Positions 21,694-31,458 of a stretch of 64,000 bases of DNA are shown piece by piece. Origin of the DNA: Barthelona sp. PAP020 (taxonomy: Eukaryota). The stretch spans positions 62,001-126,000 of the forward strand of contig JARQWU010000011.1 of NCBI GenBank assembly GCA_040182905.1. Reading direction: 5' to 3'. Position 1 is the first letter of the stretch. Each line of letters begins with the position of its first letter. Position numbers and translations under genes: made by a program. The notes beneath the pieces were generated by a model that saw nothing but the letters and a program-made list of their open reading frames with translations, did no database searches and had not been told where the DNA came from.

Positions 21694-22261
21694 TTTTTCA
21701 ATTTACCATGCTTTTTATTTATTTTAAATTATTTCTTTTGTAATTGCGTAAAAAAGGATCCATAAAAATCATTTTTTATTTCTTTTGTGTACCATTTATT
21801 TCTTGTCTTATTTTTGTTATCTAATTGGTGTTTGTCAGAGTGATCTTGAAATAAATAAAATTAATTTATACAAAGGTAAGTTTTGAATCTATTATTTCTT
21901 GAATTTTTAAGAAGCAAAAAACCATTTTAAAAATTTTATCCCAACTTTCTTTTTAAACAAAGAATGGCTGATAACAACTTGTTAATTGACTGAAACAACC
22001 AAATTATTTTATTTTGCCTCTATAAACATAGGATACAAAAAGATGTCATGATTTTTGAAAAAGGATTATTTCTTCCACTAAATATGTGAAGAAATGAAAC
22101 AGAAGTCACAAAACTAATGAAAAAATTATCCTAAATAAATTATAACTAGTATCCTCTACTATTCAAATACAAGCACTTGGAAAACAATCAAAAATTTTTA
22201 GACAGTTTTGAAACTTTCTACAGGAGAGGAATAAAAAAAAAATTTCTTTTACAAAGAGATC

Positions 22262-23107
22262 TCATCTCACAGAAGTCAAAACCCTGTTATTCTGTATTTT
22301 CCTTGAATTATGTGTCGGTTTCGATGAACTATAAATGTTTGTCGGTTTTTGAACCTCTTTATCATCCAATAAAGCATTCAACTGTTGAATTCCTTTCATA
22401 ATTACACGTTCTTGTTGACGTAAAGCAGGAGAAGCTCTTAATGTCAAAGTTTTATCAGCTTTACGTTCGGTATGAAAGGATTGTACATTTTGTGTGTTAA
22501 ATGAAGGTGTATATTGTGTTGAAGCATAAGAAAAATCAGTAGAAGTCTCTTCCACAATTTCTTCCCTTAAATCCAAATGCTCTTTTAATTTCTGCTGATC
22601 TTGCATGAGAGATAAACATTTAAGTCGATATGAATTCTCTGAATCTTCCAAACGTTTTCTTTCAATTAATAATTGTTTGTAACCAGAAAGTTCATTCTGT
22701 AATTCAAACATATCTCTTTGATAATTTTCTTTTTCAAATTCTAAAATTTCTATTCTATCTAATAAATTTAAATTTTGTGATTTCAACGTATTCAAAGCTG
22801 TTTCAATGTTAACTTTATATTTTGCAACTTGTTCCTCTGTAATTTGACGGATTGAGTCCATTGAATTCAAACGTTTCTCAACTTCGAGCATTCTGTTCCG
22901 ATAATAGTTTAATTCATCAATATCAGTTTTGAATTGAGTATTGTTTCCTTTTGATATACTTCTTTTTGAATTAATCGAGGCAATAGGAGATTGAGGAGAA
23001 CTTGGTTTGATTGTTTTAAAAAAATCTTTGTTCGTAACAGATAAACTGGATTCATTGACATAATCATTAAAATAATTGTTATCATAAAATTGGTCAAGTG
23101 TTGTCAT
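22262..23107 (-). CDS. Hypothetical coiled-coil protein
   Basis: 281 aa ORF with ATG start and heptad-rich E/K/L/Q centre. Confidence 0.6.
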   Translation of the reverse strand: MTTLDQFYDNNYFNDYVNESSLSVTNKDFFKTIKPSSPQSPIASINSKRSISKGNNTQFKTDIDELNYYRNRMLEVEKRLNSMDSIRQITEEQVAKYKVNIETALNTLKSQNLNLLDRIEILEFEKENYQRDMFELQNELSGYKQLLIERKRLEDSENSYRLKCLSLMQDQQKLKEHLDLREEIVEETSTDFSYASTQYTPSFNTQNVQSFHTERKADKTLTLRASPALRQQERVIMKGIQQLNALLDDKEVQKPTNIYSSSKPTHNSRKIQNNRVLTSVR

Positions 23108-23204
23108 CTGATCGCAATAAAAGTATCAATCAAATTAAACGTTAAAAACGATTTTTGTTTAACAAAGATAAAAATTTTTATTTTTTCTTCTTCTTGTTTC
23201 AACA

Positions 23205-24077
23205 ATGTCTGTAATTCTTGCAAACAAATGGTTTCCAACACAAGAAGAATTGGATAGTTTAATATTGAATACACAAGAAACAAGAGCAAATTTACAATCT
23301 GATGTTCAGGATTTTAATGCATCATCCAATTTTGTTTTGGAAAATATTGATAATGAAAATGTTGATATTGGTCTTTATCATCAAAAATATGGGATAAAAG
23401 AAAGATTAACTTCGATTAAAAAAAGTGCAACAAATTACAAAGAGCATCTTGAAAAAACCATTGATAAATTGGAAGAAATACTTAAATATGAAACCACTTT
23501 TTTCATTCCTGGTGTATTTAAATCAGAATCTTTAAAAAAAGAATTTGTTGGGTTTGAATTATTCAGACCTTTCATTGATTCAGAGGTTGGACAACGTGTA
23601 GCTGTTAATGTTCCGATTGAGAATGATAGCTATTGGATTTTAGGAATAATACAAGAAGTAAAAGAGAATGGTGAATATACTATAATGGATTTTGTTGAGA
23701 AAAATGTTGTTTATAAGACTACTGGCGATAAGTTAAGAAAGTTACCTGTTGTAGATAGTTTTTTTTGTATAGGTGACATAGTATTGGCGGTATATCCAGA
23801 ATCGACTACTTTTTACCCTGCTTGGATTCTAGGAAGAAGAACCTGGTATAACACTGCTTCAAAAAGAACAGAAACACATTATTTGGTTAGATATTTTGAT
23901 GATGTTTTAGATTCAAATGATTTGCATTGTGTCTATTGCATACCTTGGTCTTGGGTTATTCGAACACAGGAAGGAGATGTGGAAATTTCTAAGGCTCCAA
24001 CGGATATTTATGGTTCAGGTGCAAATCGGATTGATGTGGGACAAGACAAAGATGTAGACAAACCAATGGAGATCTAG
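23205..24077 (+). CDS. SGF29: SAGA-associated factor 29 (tandem Tudor)
   Basis: GQRVA...WILG; VLAVYPESTTFYPA; YLVRYFDD. Confidence 0.8.
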   Translation: MSVILANKWFPTQEELDSLILNTQETRANLQSDVQDFNASSNFVLENIDNENVDIGLYHQKYGIKERLTSIKKSATNYKEHLEKTIDKLEEILKYETTFFIPGVFKSESLKKEFVGFELFRPFIDSEVGQRVAVNVPIENDSYWILGIIQEVKENGEYTIMDFVEKNVVYKTTGDKLRKLPVVDSFFCIGDIVLAVYPESTTFYPAWILGRRTWYNTASKRTETHYLVRYFDDVLDSNDLHCVYCIPWSWVIRTQEGDVEISKAPTDIYGSGANRIDVGQDKDVDKPMEI

Positions 24078-24964
24078 GATGATTCGTTGGATTATTTTCC
24101 TTTCATTAATTCTAGCATTTTTGATGTATTTGCTGTAACATGTTCTTTTAAACATTTCATTCTGTGATTGATCTCGTGTAAATGAAGATTATGATAATGT
24201 TTTGGTTAAGACTCTTCTTGATCCATCTTGGTTTTTATTCAATCACATTTCGTAAAAGTTGGTCTATTTTATTTTTGTTTGTATTTTGAAATGTTTTGAA
24301 ATATTTTGAGCAGAAAACTGATTCTGATATCAGATTCAAATGAATGAATAAGTTAGATTGTGAAACAACTATTAACGCTTTAATTAAGTACAGTACACCT
24401 CTGAAGAGAGATTAAAAATGAATTTTGTTAACTTTTTACATGTCAAAGTCCATTCGTAAAAACTATCCAATAAAATCATAAATTCATCTTTCAATTGCTC
24501 AATTATTGGTTCCCAAGCTATGAGCCTTTGTTTTTAAACTAATGTAGTCGCATAATGGCATGAAAACTCTTTGTGGAAAAGTTAAAATCTTTTCAGTGGA
24601 AAAAGTAGAATTTGAACCAACTTGGATTGAAAAAATCCTCAAAGCAACTTAACCACAATCAATAAAAAGCAAAGTTCAAGGCATAGAAATCCCAGTCTAG
24701 ATTGTGATAGACAAAGGGTTTGAGATCTTTCACTTCCTAATTTGAGATACAAGAACATTCAATGAATAATAAGCTCTTTTGTTCACTTGTACGAACAAAC
24801 CCTTTCTATTCCAGGAACATCCAAAAAACAAAGGCATACAATTTTACAATGACATGAAAATCTACTTCCATACACCAAACACACAAGACATTTTAAATTC
24901 AACAACTTTTCCCCTTGGAACTTCAATATACAAAAAGAACCTTCCTAGTTCCCATTGTTTTTTC

Positions 24965-25948
24965 TCAATATTTCGCCAAAACTTTCAGCAAATCTGATAA
25001 TGACACTAGTTTTGTGAAAACTTGCTCACTGTCCACTTCTTTAGAGATCAAAAATCGATGGATTTTGCTTTTCGCTAACCTTGATAAAACCTGCATCAGA
25101 GTGATAGATTGATCAAAAACAGTCAATTTCTCAGAAGTAGCCTCTCGTAACAATAAAACTTCTTCAACAGTAATCTCCATCGGAATTTCTTCCCCCCAAG
25201 AACGATATAAAAACTGCAAGACATCGGTTCTAGATACAGCATCAACAACAGTACCTTCTGAGTCTTTTACCAAAAAAGCAGAAACGTCCAATTGTGCAAA
25301 TTTTTTCAAAAGTTCCAGCCATTTCATTTCCGTGGAAACTGAATCAACTTCTGTGATACAAGTCCCCATCTCTTCAATTTCAGATAACGTGAGATCCAAA
25401 ACAGGAGTATGTTTTCGATATTTAAGTACCAAAAATCGAATAATACGACGATAAGAAATTATATGCAGGGGATCTCCTTGATCTGATAAAATTGGAATAC
25501 GGTTCACATTGTTTTCACGTAATAAAGATAAAGCACTGTATAAAGAGTCATTGGGAGACAAAATCGGAGTTAATCTACATTGGTTTCTCAATGATTGATT
25601 TCTCAACAAAGTAGACCAATCAATAATCTCAGTATTGAAATCCTTATTATTTTCAATCGTTTCATCATACATTTTAATTAAAGTTGCAATGATATTGGAA
25701 ATATTTAACATACCAATAATTGAAGAATTTTTAGAATCCCAAAGAGGTGACGATGTAATGTCATTTTCACCTAAAATATACACTCCATCCAAAAAGGACA
25801 AATCACCATCTGCAACTACTACTTTTCCTGAATCAGGCATAAGGTCATAACAAGTATAACCATTTAAAAATTGCTGAATAGGAAACTTATCATTGTCAAA
25901 ATCATTATCTACGGATGAATCGGTATCAGTATCGGAAAAATCAGACAT
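24965..25948 (-). CDS. SNF4: AMPK/SNF1 gamma subunit (CBS domains)
   Basis: FLNGYTCYDLMPDSGKVVVAD, SSPLWDS, NRIPIL, IHRFLI, VSLSDLL. Confidence 0.8.
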   Translation of the reverse strand: MSDFSDTDTDSSVDNDFDNDKFPIQQFLNGYTCYDLMPDSGKVVVADGDLSFLDGVYILGENDITSSPLWDSKNSSIIGMLNISNIIATLIKMYDETIENNKDFNTEIIDWSTLLRNQSLRNQCRLTPILSPNDSLYSALSLLRENNVNRIPILSDQGDPLHIISYRRIIRFLVLKYRKHTPVLDLTLSEIEEMGTCITEVDSVSTEMKWLELLKKFAQLDVSAFLVKDSEGTVVDAVSRTDVLQFLYRSWGEEIPMEITVEEVLLLREATSEKLTVFDQSITLMQVLSRLAKSKIHRFLISKEVDSEQVFTKLVSLSDLLKVLAKY

Positions 25949-26006
25949 TTTAATTTTTGGCTAAAAAAAATTAAAACAAAAAGAAATTGACACAATTTTT
26001 TCATTT

Positions 26007-26603
26007 ATGACTTCAAATCCATGGGAATTTCAAATATACGATCCTTCTTTTGATATTGTTAATGAAATTGCAAATGAATTAAATGTTGAAAAATACAATT
26101 TGGAAGATGATACAAAAGAAAAGAATGAATTACTTGATATCATCAATGAATTATGTCCAAAACATTTAAAATTGATTCATATTCAAATGAAATCAACGGA
26201 AATCAATCTTATTAATAAATTAAACAAGCTTTTTGAAAACGATAAATTACATCACTTTGTTGAAACTCTTCAAGGAACAATCATTTTTTTAGAACAATTA
26301 GCTAATAATCAAGATCGATTAAGGTGGATTTTGACAAAACAAATCAAAGAATCATCACACATAATACCTCTTAAATTGGAAGATACTGACCAAATATTTC
26401 TTTTACTCAATAGCATGAAACAATTTTTGACAAATAACAAACATATTGAGAATCTGCAACATTTGGCCTACAATAGACATATTTATGACAATTATTCTGT
26501 AAATGTTCAAAACATTAAAGATACCCTTGATAAGTCAATAAACAATATTGAGTTTGTGATTTCTTCCCTTGAAACCATTTCTCAAATTGTAACTGATGTT
26601 TGA
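26007..26603 (+). CDS. Probable augmin subunit HAUS2-like
   Basis: N-terminal NPW and TLQGTIIFLEQLANNQDRLRWILTK match the recalled HAUS2 pattern TLQxxxxLExxxxxxxLRxxLxK. Confidence 0.5.
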   Translation: MTSNPWEFQIYDPSFDIVNEIANELNVEKYNLEDDTKEKNELLDIINELCPKHLKLIHIQMKSTEINLINKLNKLFENDKLHHFVETLQGTIIFLEQLANNQDRLRWILTKQIKESSHIIPLKLEDTDQIFLLLNSMKQFLTNNKHIENLQHLAYNRHIYDNYSVNVQNIKDTLDKSINNIEFVISSLETISQIVTDV

Positions 26604-26651
26604 ATGGCAGATAAATTTAATCCAAAAAAAAATCTTTCTTTTTAAGACTAT

Positions 26652-27065
26652 TTATGCAAATACACCCTCGTTCGGGTTCAAACAAGGTTCTTCTAAGGTC
26701 CAACTAATTTTATTCAACTGTCTTATATCCCAAGATTCCATTGCAGGTTTTTCATCCAAATCATATTCATATTTTCCATATATTTTTATATCTTGAGCAT
26801 GATAAATCTGAGCACACATTTCTTCATCATCAGCAGCATTGGTTTCTGTAATTGTTCTTTCAAATGCATTACCCAAAACAATATTTCCATGTTGATCAAT
26901 TGTTTTAAGAATTCCAATGGTATAGATGTCTGAAGAAGACCATATCAAAACAAATTGTCCTAAATCTTCAATCAAAGAAGAAATTCCTTGTAAAAATATT
27001 TTGTTTGATCTCCATTTCTTTTGAAGGTTTTTGTTATTATCATTATAAGTGTTTTTTTGGTTCAT
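26652..27065 (-). CDS. LSM1: Sm-like protein, LSm1-type
   Basis: SSLIEDL...GILKTIDQHGNIVL...ERTI (Sm1 motif); Sm2 is divergent. Confidence 0.65.
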   Translation of the reverse strand: MNQKNTYNDNNKNLQKKWRSNKIFLQGISSLIEDLGQFVLIWSSSDIYTIGILKTIDQHGNIVLGNAFERTITETNAADDEEMCAQIYHAQDIKIYGKYEYDLDEKPAMESWDIRQLNKISWTLEEPCLNPNEGVFA

Positions 27066-27675
27066 TCTTATTTTTTTGATGGTAAATAATTGAAAAAAAA
27101 TCCTTTAAAAGGTGTTTATTTCGTTTTTTTTTTAGCTCCTTTCAATTGATATTGTCTCAAATTTATTTGATTCATCTATTTTTTGTTACTTTATCTTTTT
27201 ATTCTGAAAATAACTTCAGCCGTCTCATTCAAAATAATTATTTTTAAACATTAAGTTAAAAAAATCCAATTAATGTAAATTTGAGAAATTTTCAAAGTAA
27301 TAATAACAATGGATCAATAATATTTCAAAGAAAGAAAATATTCTTTTTCAAAAAGAATAGCAGAAATACAGTTGTAATAATTTTGAATGTGGCTATTACT
27401 TAATATAGACATAATAATTGATTGTTAAACAAATGCATTATTGCGTAATTATGAGAGAATATTTGGACTCATCAAATATGTTTTCATTTACATTTATAGA
27501 GGCCAAAGTCATCAAAATGGATAAAAATTATCGCATATTTGAATAAAGTTTCCATTTTTGTAAGTGGTTGGCAGAAAGCATTTTGAAGAAAGATAAAATG
27601 GAATACAACAAGTTGTGTTTGAAAGAAGGCTATTCTTAAACAACAATTTCGTTTAAAATTTGCAAAAAATAAAGT

Positions 27676-27998
27676 TTATTTCCAAGCCAAGAAGCACTGT
27701 GCGTATGAGTGAATAAAATAGAAGTGTTTATTTTGTTAAGGGCTTTCGAGGCCTTATTGATCTGTTGAAAAACTTTAGATTTTCTAAGGTACAAGTTAAA
27801 CTTTAAGAATTTTGCTTTTGCAAAAATACAAAAAAATAGGAACAAGGAATTTCTCTGAAATTCTCCTACTTGATCGTTCCAATTACATTTCATTCTCTCA
27901 ATTCCCCTCCTGGGATTTTGACTGAAATTTGCTAGAATGAGTTTTTTGAGTTTACTTTCTTTGTAAATAAATATAGTTGTTTCACAACTGGACCAATT
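27676..27998 (+). repeat. Dispersed ~320 bp repeat R1, copy 2
   Basis: Colinear with 1703-2024; ends ~240 bp upstream of tRNA-Ala. Confidence 0.9.
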
Positions 27999-28235
27999 CT
28001 TTGCAAATTTATTTCAGGCTTGTGAATAACCCTAATTATTCCTTATTCATTTATATGTATAATGTTCTTTAGTTTAAAACAAAATGTAATCATAATTTTT
28101 TTAAAAAACATTTAAAATCATGTGTTCTTTTGAATAAAAATTTTTAATCAATTTCTAAAACAGTTCCATTATTTTTACTTCATTCTTATATCCACATATC
28201 CACATTAAAGTCGTTAAAATTGCTTTCTTTTTCAT

Positions 28236-28308
28236 GGGCTATTAGCTCACCTGGTAGAGCACCCGCTTAGCATGCGGGAGGCACGGGGATCGACGCCCTG
28301 ATAGTCCA
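28236..28308 (+). tRNA. tRNA-Ala(AGC)
   Basis: GGGCTAT/ATAGTCC acceptor with G3:U70, CCCGC-TT-AGC-AT-GCGGG anticodon arm, eukaryotic Ala T-loop ATCGA, followed by a T-run terminator. Confidence 0.97.
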
Positions 28309-28334
28309 TTTTTTCATTTTAAAAACAAAGGATC

Positions 28335-28344
28335 AGGATCGAGT
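28335..28344 (+). promoter_or_regulatory. Extragenic B-box-like motif downstream of tRNA-Ala
   Basis: AGGATCGAGT, 26 nt after the tRNA 3' end; the same 10-mer follows tRNA-Cys. Confidence 0.55.
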
Positions 28345-28366
28345 ACCGGAAATCATACAAATTACT

Positions 28367-28518
28367 TTCAAGTTGGATGAAAGGGAATTCACGTTAGACG
28401 AAAGGGCAAAATTAAAGGCTTTAATTTATATTTACTAACTGGGGTTGGGGAAATTACTCCATGGTATCTTTGCTGTTTTGGTCAACNNNNNNNNNNNNGG
28501 AAAAAAAAAAAAAAAAAA
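28367..28518 (+). mobile_element. tRNA-downstream short element, copy A (spans a 12-N gap, ends in A18)
   Basis: 28386-28486 matches the reverse complement of 46441-46541; partial first tandem unit at 28367-28385; GG+A18 after the gap. Confidence 0.7.
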
Positions 28519-28699
28519 CTCATAATTGTTAAGAGGTGCGGTCCTTTAGAAAATAAAATTCTTATTGTTTTGATCTCCTCTTTTCCAGATTTAAAATTTT
28601 CTTTCTTGTGGGATTATTAGCTTTATATGCAGGAGTATTTTGGTTAGTTCTTCCTTTGCGTCTTCTTTCGGTGAAATTTTTGTTGTTGCCAAATTAATT

Positions 28700-28805
28700 T
28701 TCATGTTAGACGAAAGAGCAAAATTAAAGGCTTTAATTTATGTTTACTAACTGGGGTTGGGGAAATTACTCCATGGTATCTTTGCTGTTTTGGTCAACCG
28801 ATTCA
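28700..28805 (+). mobile_element. tRNA-downstream short element, copy B (3'-truncated)
   Basis: Near-identical to copy A (about 3 substitutions); stops at CCGATTCA. Confidence 0.7.
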
Positions 28806-28808
28806 TTT

Positions 28809-28847
28809 ACACGACAATAATAATAATTCACACGACAATAATAATAA
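28809..28847 (+). repeat. Direct repeat ACACGACAATAATAATAA x2 (21-bp period)
   Basis: 28809-28826 and 28830-28847, immediately after copy B. Confidence 0.85.
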
Positions 28848-29229
28848 ATGTTTATAAAGATCTTTATTGTTCTCGGTTAGAGTTTGGGGGTCCTTGCAAC
28901 TGAGTCGTTTTGCGTGGATGGTTCAGAACACTCTTAAAAAAGAAAGAAATACTTTAGATGTGGATGGGGCGATTATCTAAATAAAAGTTTAACAATCTTT
29001 TTCCTTCTTACCAATAAATTTTGATTATTTTTCTCTGGGTTTCCTTGGTGAAGCCTCGTAATTCATTGCTAACATACTATATGCACATGTTTTCTTCGTA
29101 TTATGAAACATTTGATTCTTTGCTGTCATTTCACTTTCAATTATGATATCAAAAATTGCAAGAAGAAAGCATAAACACATTTATATTGCATTTTGCAAGA
29201 AACAAGTTCGCTTTGCTGCAACGAACACT

Positions 29230-30581
29230 TTACAATTCATCTCTGATTGGTGAAAACTCATTATCTACTTCCATGTGAATCCTGTCACGAGTTTCTTGAT
29301 CGATCTCATTGACTTGAAAGAAGTCTTCTTCAGTTTGCATGTTTCTCATTTCATATTGACCTTCGTCGTTCTCAGGAATTTCAATTTCATCGTCATCTTC
29401 TTCTTCTTTGAATTTTCTTTCTATGTCAAATTCTTGTTCAAGCTCCTTTTCAGAAGGAACATTTTCTTCTCTTTGACGAATTCTAAAATCAGAAATCAGT
29501 GCTTCCATATCTTTCCTTGACTTACCAATATAAATATTGTTAAAAGCAATACCTTCATTGAGGGTGAACAATTCATAACCAACACCATAGAAAGGACCAA
29601 GAGAAGTGAATTCCACTTCAATATATTCAGGATTCTCAATTTGTTTTGCTTTCCATTCCCCTTTATACAAAGGGTTTGGAATATGTTTTGGTTGCCATTG
29701 TCCTTTGAATTCAGGATTTGGAATTGAAGGGGCAGTCCATTCACCATCTTCTTCTACATCCCAATCTTCAGGCATAGTAGCATCTGGATCGATAATCATC
29801 TCTTCAGGATAATCAATAGGCATTTCATCGTCAGGATCAGGCATAGTAGGAGAGTCAACCCAATCTTTTGGTTTGATATCACTGGGGTCAGAAATCATTC
29901 TTGCTGGAGTGATAGAAGGTTCCATATCACGCAACAGTGAACCTTTTTTATTGGAACTGCCATCAATTAACACTTCAAATTCACCATTTGCAGATAAAAT
30001 CAAAGTGTACAGATGAGTACGATCATCAATAGAAGCACGAGGTTTAGTTCTCAAATGCTTTTCTTCAAACTTACCAGAAGCTAAAGGATATTGTAAAATG
30101 ACATGAACTTTATTGTCAGAACCACATTTATCAGGACCAAACATTATAGAATAGGGTGTTTCATTACCAAATTCAATTGGGTCAAACTTTTCACGCAAAA
30201 GTTTAATGTATGCACCACCACAATCTAATCCATTTTGAAGACGAACCTCATATTGAATGATAAGATCTCCATCTTTCCAATAAATGGGCTCTTCAAAAGA
30301 GGAAGATATGGCATGCTTTGCATTTTTACTGCGCATTTCAAGACTTAAACGTCCATCATGAGAAGATAAAGAATTCGCTTGTAATTTCCAAATACCGGTA
30401 AAATCAGGATTTTTAGATACTGTCCATTGTTTAAGATCTTTAAAGTTTTCATAAAAATATGTGGTTTCCCCATTTGGTACAAAATCATTCTGAAAAATTA
30501 GCTCAAATTTTAATTAAAGAGATATACAGCAATAACACAACCAATGAAATAGATCGCAAGGGTACAAAACAAATATTTCAT
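29230..30581 (-). CDS. Soluble calnexin/calreticulin-family ER lectin chaperone; 2 exons (30581-30528, 30489-29230)
   Basis: Signal-peptide exon MKYLFCTLAIYFIGCVIA; CGGAYIKLL, IMFGPDKCG, P-domain repeats; C-terminal RDEL. Confidence 0.9.
30490..30527 (-). other. 38-nt intron in the calnexin/calreticulin gene
   Basis: GTATAT...GCTAATTTTTCAG, phase 0; joins the signal peptide to the lectin domain. Confidence 0.85.
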
Positions 30582-30627
30582 TTCAATTAAAAAAAAAAAT
30601 CAGATAAAAAAAAATTTTTGAATTGGT

Positions 30628-31239
30628 TTATTGAGGAACAATTTCTTGAAAACAACGAGCATAATGAATAGGATAATCCCATTTATTTTGCATTTCGTTA
30701 AGTAAATCTTCAATTTTATCATCTAGTTCATTTCGTGGGATTTCTTCCAACCTTTGAACCAATTCTAATGTGTAACCAGCAGCAATATCAGCATCTTCCA
30801 TTTGATCAGGAGTATCAATATCAATAACATGAACCGGATGTGTTCCCTTACTGTGAGAAATAAATCTTTCGACAATGGGTTGAAAAACCATGTTCGTTTG
30901 GTAGGAAACGATAACATCAAACTGATCTTTGGCATCCAAAAATCGTTGGGGACTTAATTTACAATGATCATTTCTTTCTAACATAGCGACATATAAATCT
31001 AATGAATGAACAGGAAAATTTTCATCATTTCGAATATTTTCAATCATATCATAATAACGATATCCAAACTTATAACTATGACCTTTAAAGACATTTACTT
31101 TAAGACCAGTTCCGTATGATGTGCATTCATATTTGTTCTTCAATAATAAAGCATGTGCAGCCATTGAACGGTTCATATTACATCTACATATTACACTATA
31201 GTTGTATCTCTGTTTCTTTGTTTCTGCATTCTCATCCAT
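30628..31239 (-). CDS. SSU72: RNA polymerase II CTD phosphatase Ssu72
   Basis: VICRCNMNRSMAAH (CX5RS), SYGTG, MLERN, PVHVIDID. Confidence 0.85.
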   Translation of the reverse strand: MDENAETKKQRYNYSVICRCNMNRSMAAHALLLKNKYECTSYGTGLKVNVFKGHSYKFGYRYYDMIENIRNDENFPVHSLDLYVAMLERNDHCKLSPQRFLDAKDQFDVIVSYQTNMVFQPIVERFISHSKGTHPVHVIDIDTPDQMEDADIAAGYTLELVQRLEEIPRNELDDKIEDLLNEMQNKWDYPIHYARCFQEIVPQ

Positions 31240-31458
31240 TTCCAAAAAATTGAAAAAAAAAAAGATAGAATAAAGCTATGATTTTATGAATCAAATATGT
31301 ATATATTAATATATTTCAATTATTTGAAGATTTTATTGAAAATAAGTGAGAAAAAAATTCTTTTGTTGAAAGACAAGTATTCAATCTTCATCCAATAAAT
31401 TCATTGTATAATTAAAACTTTATTGTAATGTCAAATTTTTTCCATTAAAATAATAAGA

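Noticed and set aside
24389..24402. TACAGTACACCTCT resembling a Pogo/Tc1 terminal inverted repeat in a long spacer
   Set aside because: I found no matching opposite TIR or transposase remnant.
28391..28410. GACGAAA as a hammerhead ribozyme core
   Set aside because: There is no CTGANGA partner and no consistent stems.
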